From a virus (lineage: Duplodnaviria > Caudoviricetes): a stretch of DNA of 58,811 bases. Both the position numbers and the translations under genes were made by a program. Where the stretch lies: the IMG/VR virus record IMGVR_UViG_3300030328_004676, positions 1 through 58,811 of that record; one strand, given 5' to 3'. This document shows, piece after piece, positions 57,722 to 58,811 of this stretch. The notes beneath the pieces were generated by a model that was not told the DNA's origin, did not search any database, and saw only the letters and a list, made by a program, of their open reading frames with translations. Numbering within the stretch: the first letter of the stretch is position 1; each line of letters opens with the position of its first letter.

Positions 57722-58210
57722 CTATACTAATTGGCCAGATAAGTTGTAAGTTCCATCCGTTCCAGCGACCTGTAACGGAGAAGATTTTTGATAGTTGTAT
57801 TGAAATATAAGATCGTCCAATCTCTTTGAAGTCTCTACAGATAAATCTCTGTATGTTTTGGCAACAGAGTTTTTGTTTTGTCTTTGAATGGTGGTATCAC
57901 CCTCTTTGATTGTAACCCAATCAACAGAATCAGAATAAGTAAAAGACCTTAATGATTCTCTTGCTGACTTGTTGTAATACCAAAGCTCATAGAGTGCGCC
58001 AAAGATATTTATCTCAACTGGAGCCAATCCAGTGCCATCCATTCTAATCGCACCAGTAGAATCGACCTCAAACTCTTCATGTATATAGCCGTTTAATTCA
58101 CCAATATTTGTTTCCAGCCAACCAGAAACAAAGCCCATATTATATGTGCCAGAATCATTGGCAAAATCGTAAGTTACGATTCCGCTAGCTATCACACCAA
58201 GATCATTCAT
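57722..58210 (-). CDS. Head-tail connector candidate
   Basis: TIKEGDTTIQR..YRDL pattern of adaptor proteins; synteny. Confidence 0.45.
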   Translation of the reverse strand: MNDLGVIASGIVTYDFANDSGTYNMGFVSGWLETNIGELNGYIHEEFEVDSTGAIRMDGTGLAPVEINIFGALYELWYYNKSARESLRSFTYSDSVDWVTIKEGDTTIQRQNKNSVAKTYRDLSVETSKRLDDLIFQYNYQKSSPLQVAGTDGTYNLSGQLV

Positions 58211-58213
58211 TTT

Positions 58214-58666
58214 TTAAAAACCTTCTTTAAATAACTTTACAGTAGATTCATAGTCTGGGGAACTCGGATCTAAAATTGGTTTAGCGGAACCCTGCACAGT
58301 TACGTTATGTTTTTGCACATAATAATCAAAAGATTGTAAAAGCGACTTCCTGAGCAAGTTCATATTTCTCTCTCTAGGAATGCCAACTCTTGCAGCCAAA
58401 TCAGTTAATTCTGAGGCAGAACAACCAGTTAAACGATTTTTAAAAACATCTCTATGTAAAGTCCCATAAGGATTCATTCTAGGCATCCCTAGTAACTCTT
58501 CTAGCTCTTTTACATGCTCTATTTGTTCTTCTTTTTTAGACCTATCTTTTCCATCTGTAACATCAAATTCCTCTAAGTGCTTTCTTTCTACACCCTTAGA
58601 CACTTGCATTTCTGGAGAAACTTCTTTTTCCGTAGTTTTCTTTTTTGCAGATTTTTTCTTACTCAT
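58214..58666 (-). CDS. Hypothetical protein
   Basis: 150-aa ORF with its own promoter TTGATA-17-TATCAT-5-ATG. Confidence 0.65.
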   Translation of the reverse strand: MSKKKSAKKKTTEKEVSPEMQVSKGVERKHLEEFDVTDGKDRSKKEEQIEHVKELEELLGMPRMNPYGTLHRDVFKNRLTGCSASELTDLAARVGIPRERNMNLLRKSLLQSFDYYVQKHNVTVQGSAKPILDPSSPDYESTVKLFKEGF

Positions 58667-58701
58667 AACATATGATAGTAAAATATTTATTAAATATCAA
58701 T

Positions 58702-58738
58702 AAAAAAAGAGCCGCCCCTTGCGAGGCGACTCTCTTTT
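58702..58738 (-). terminator. Intrinsic terminator, possibly bidirectional
   Basis: AAAAGAGAGTCGCCTC-GCAA-GGGGCGGCTCTTTTTTT. Confidence 0.85.
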
Positions 58739-58757
58739 ATAAGTAGCATCAGCTTGC

Positions 58758-58811
58758 TTACACAGCGATACCGACAAGAGCCTTATTGTTGATACAAATA
58801 CGACCCTCTTC
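58758..58811 (-). CDS. C-terminal end of a probable major capsid protein
   Basis: EEGRICINNKALVGIAV*, followed by a strong terminator and located upstream of the neck genes. Confidence 0.5.
   Translation of the reverse strand, partial: EEGRICINNKALVGIAV

Noticed and set aside
58758-58763. GTGTAA motif at the end of the capsid-like gene
   Set aside because: It coincides with the Val codon plus stop and is followed by a terminator, so it is probably incidental
1-58811. Stop-codon reassignment, tRNAs, introns or inteins
   Set aside because: Genes are intact and densely packed in the standard code using all three stops; no cloverleaf, intron or intein signatures seen by eye

Overview
A 58.8-kb slice of a large, AT-rich tailed dsDNA bacteriophage genome (Caudoviricetes). 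No sheath gene is visible, so it is probably siphovirus-like. The host is probably Gram-negative, given a lipoprotein/spanin-like pair, a secreted protein and heptose/LPS-type enzymes. From left to right: (1) an envelope/lysis-like end with rfaD; (2) a ClpA/C-type ATPase; (3) a replication block with DnaE split into three genes (PHP domain, DEDDh exonuclease, polymerase core), plus a PD-(D/E)XK nuclease, primase, DnaB and RecA; (4) an 18-gene, 13-kb nucleotide-sugar/glycosyltransferase operon; (5) nrdAB; (6) a divergent + strand block with a sigma factor, three more glycosyltransferases, Hsp20, an SSB-like protein and an annealing-protein candidate; (7) a tail/neck module ending in what looks like the 3' end of the major capsid gene. 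The strongest candidate for an undescribed system is a regulated virion-glycosylation programme. Specific virion proteins are strongly enriched in Ser/Thr-Gly dipeptides, and the glycan operon is gated by a ~70-nt leader with mutually exclusive antiterminator/terminator hairpins behind a near-consensus sigma70 promoter. Also seen: pervasive leaderless sigma70 promoters, a recurrent GTGTAA upstream motif, and a repeat/hairpin element at the transcription divergence point. All protein calls come from motif recognition by eye; no searches were run.
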